A stretch of 64,000 nucleotides of DNA from Octopus bimaculoides. Lineage: Eukaryota. How positions within the stretch are numbered: the stretch's first letter is position 1; each line of letters begins with the position of its first letter. The notes under the pieces are model-generated. The model ran no database searches. It saw only the letters and a program-made list of their open reading frames with translations, and was not told where the DNA came from. The stretch lies in NCBI RefSeq assembly GCF_001194135.2, contig NC_068986.1:7212751-7276750 (forward strand), written 5' to 3'. Shown piece by piece: positions 63,446-64,000 of this stretch. The translations under genes were made by a program, and so were the position numbers.

Positions 63446-64000
63446 ACAAAATCAGTATTAAATTATAAAAGGAATCAATATATTATGCTTGATCTTAATA
63501 CCTCGCTGAAAGGCAAGATGTATAAATGGCTAGTTTTATCTAATGTTATTTCTGCTGCATATAACGGATTTGTACTTTTATATATTACCAAAAATATATT
63601 TTGAAATAAGATGGTTAAAAATGAAAAATCTATGCGAATTTTTTATGAATAGTAAAAATGCTTATGAATTTTGGAACCAGCATACACAGAAATGTATATC
63701 GATTTCTTTTGCTTGTAAATAAAGCATCAAATTCAATAAAAAAAATGAATGCAGGCCAATGTTATAGTTCTGATAGTTTCAAACATTAAATATTTATATC
63801 TAATAACTCGTGTATTACAAGAATATTGGGGTTAGATTTAATGGATAATATATATCTATTTTGTTGTAAGCAGCAGCAGATACATAAACACCGCTTTTGA
63901 TAGGTTGGAGGAGTGAATAAGTGAATTATTTGAGAAAAATTTGCCTGAAAAGATTCAAGACAATCTAAGAATATATTTTATTATGAAGCAGTTCCTGATT

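Noticed and set aside
63224-63604. 126-aa plus-strand ORF starting at TTG/GTG-type codon
   Set aside because: Non-ATG start and no recognisable domain; the region is better explained as a regulatory patch.

Overview
AT-rich, microsatellite-dense eukaryotic DNA with several N gaps. The repeat families look like those of an octopod cephalopod; this is inferred from recalled SINE/LINE sequences, not from a search. The only host coding sequence I can firmly recognise is the terminal exon of a WDR37 orthologue (+, 41008-41130). A possible promoter/first exon of a minus-strand gene lies near 63.3-63.4 kb. The rest is intronic/intergenic and full of mobile elements: CR1-like, RTE, R4/Dong-like and Penelope-like retroelements, a Gypsy fragment, two mariners, MITE/Helentron-like elements and several SINE families. 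The most striking unexplained structure is a set of long fold-back palindromes. Two of them (34779-35155 and 59658-59880) carry paired, oppositely oriented minimal hammerhead-ribozyme motifs of the Penelope/retrozyme type. Another (36325-36647) is a near-perfect fold-back built on a tRNA-like head. There is also a diverged U2-snRNA-like sequence (about 5066-5175) and a SINE that shares its 3' tail with the CR1-like LINE in the same window. All calls were made by eye.
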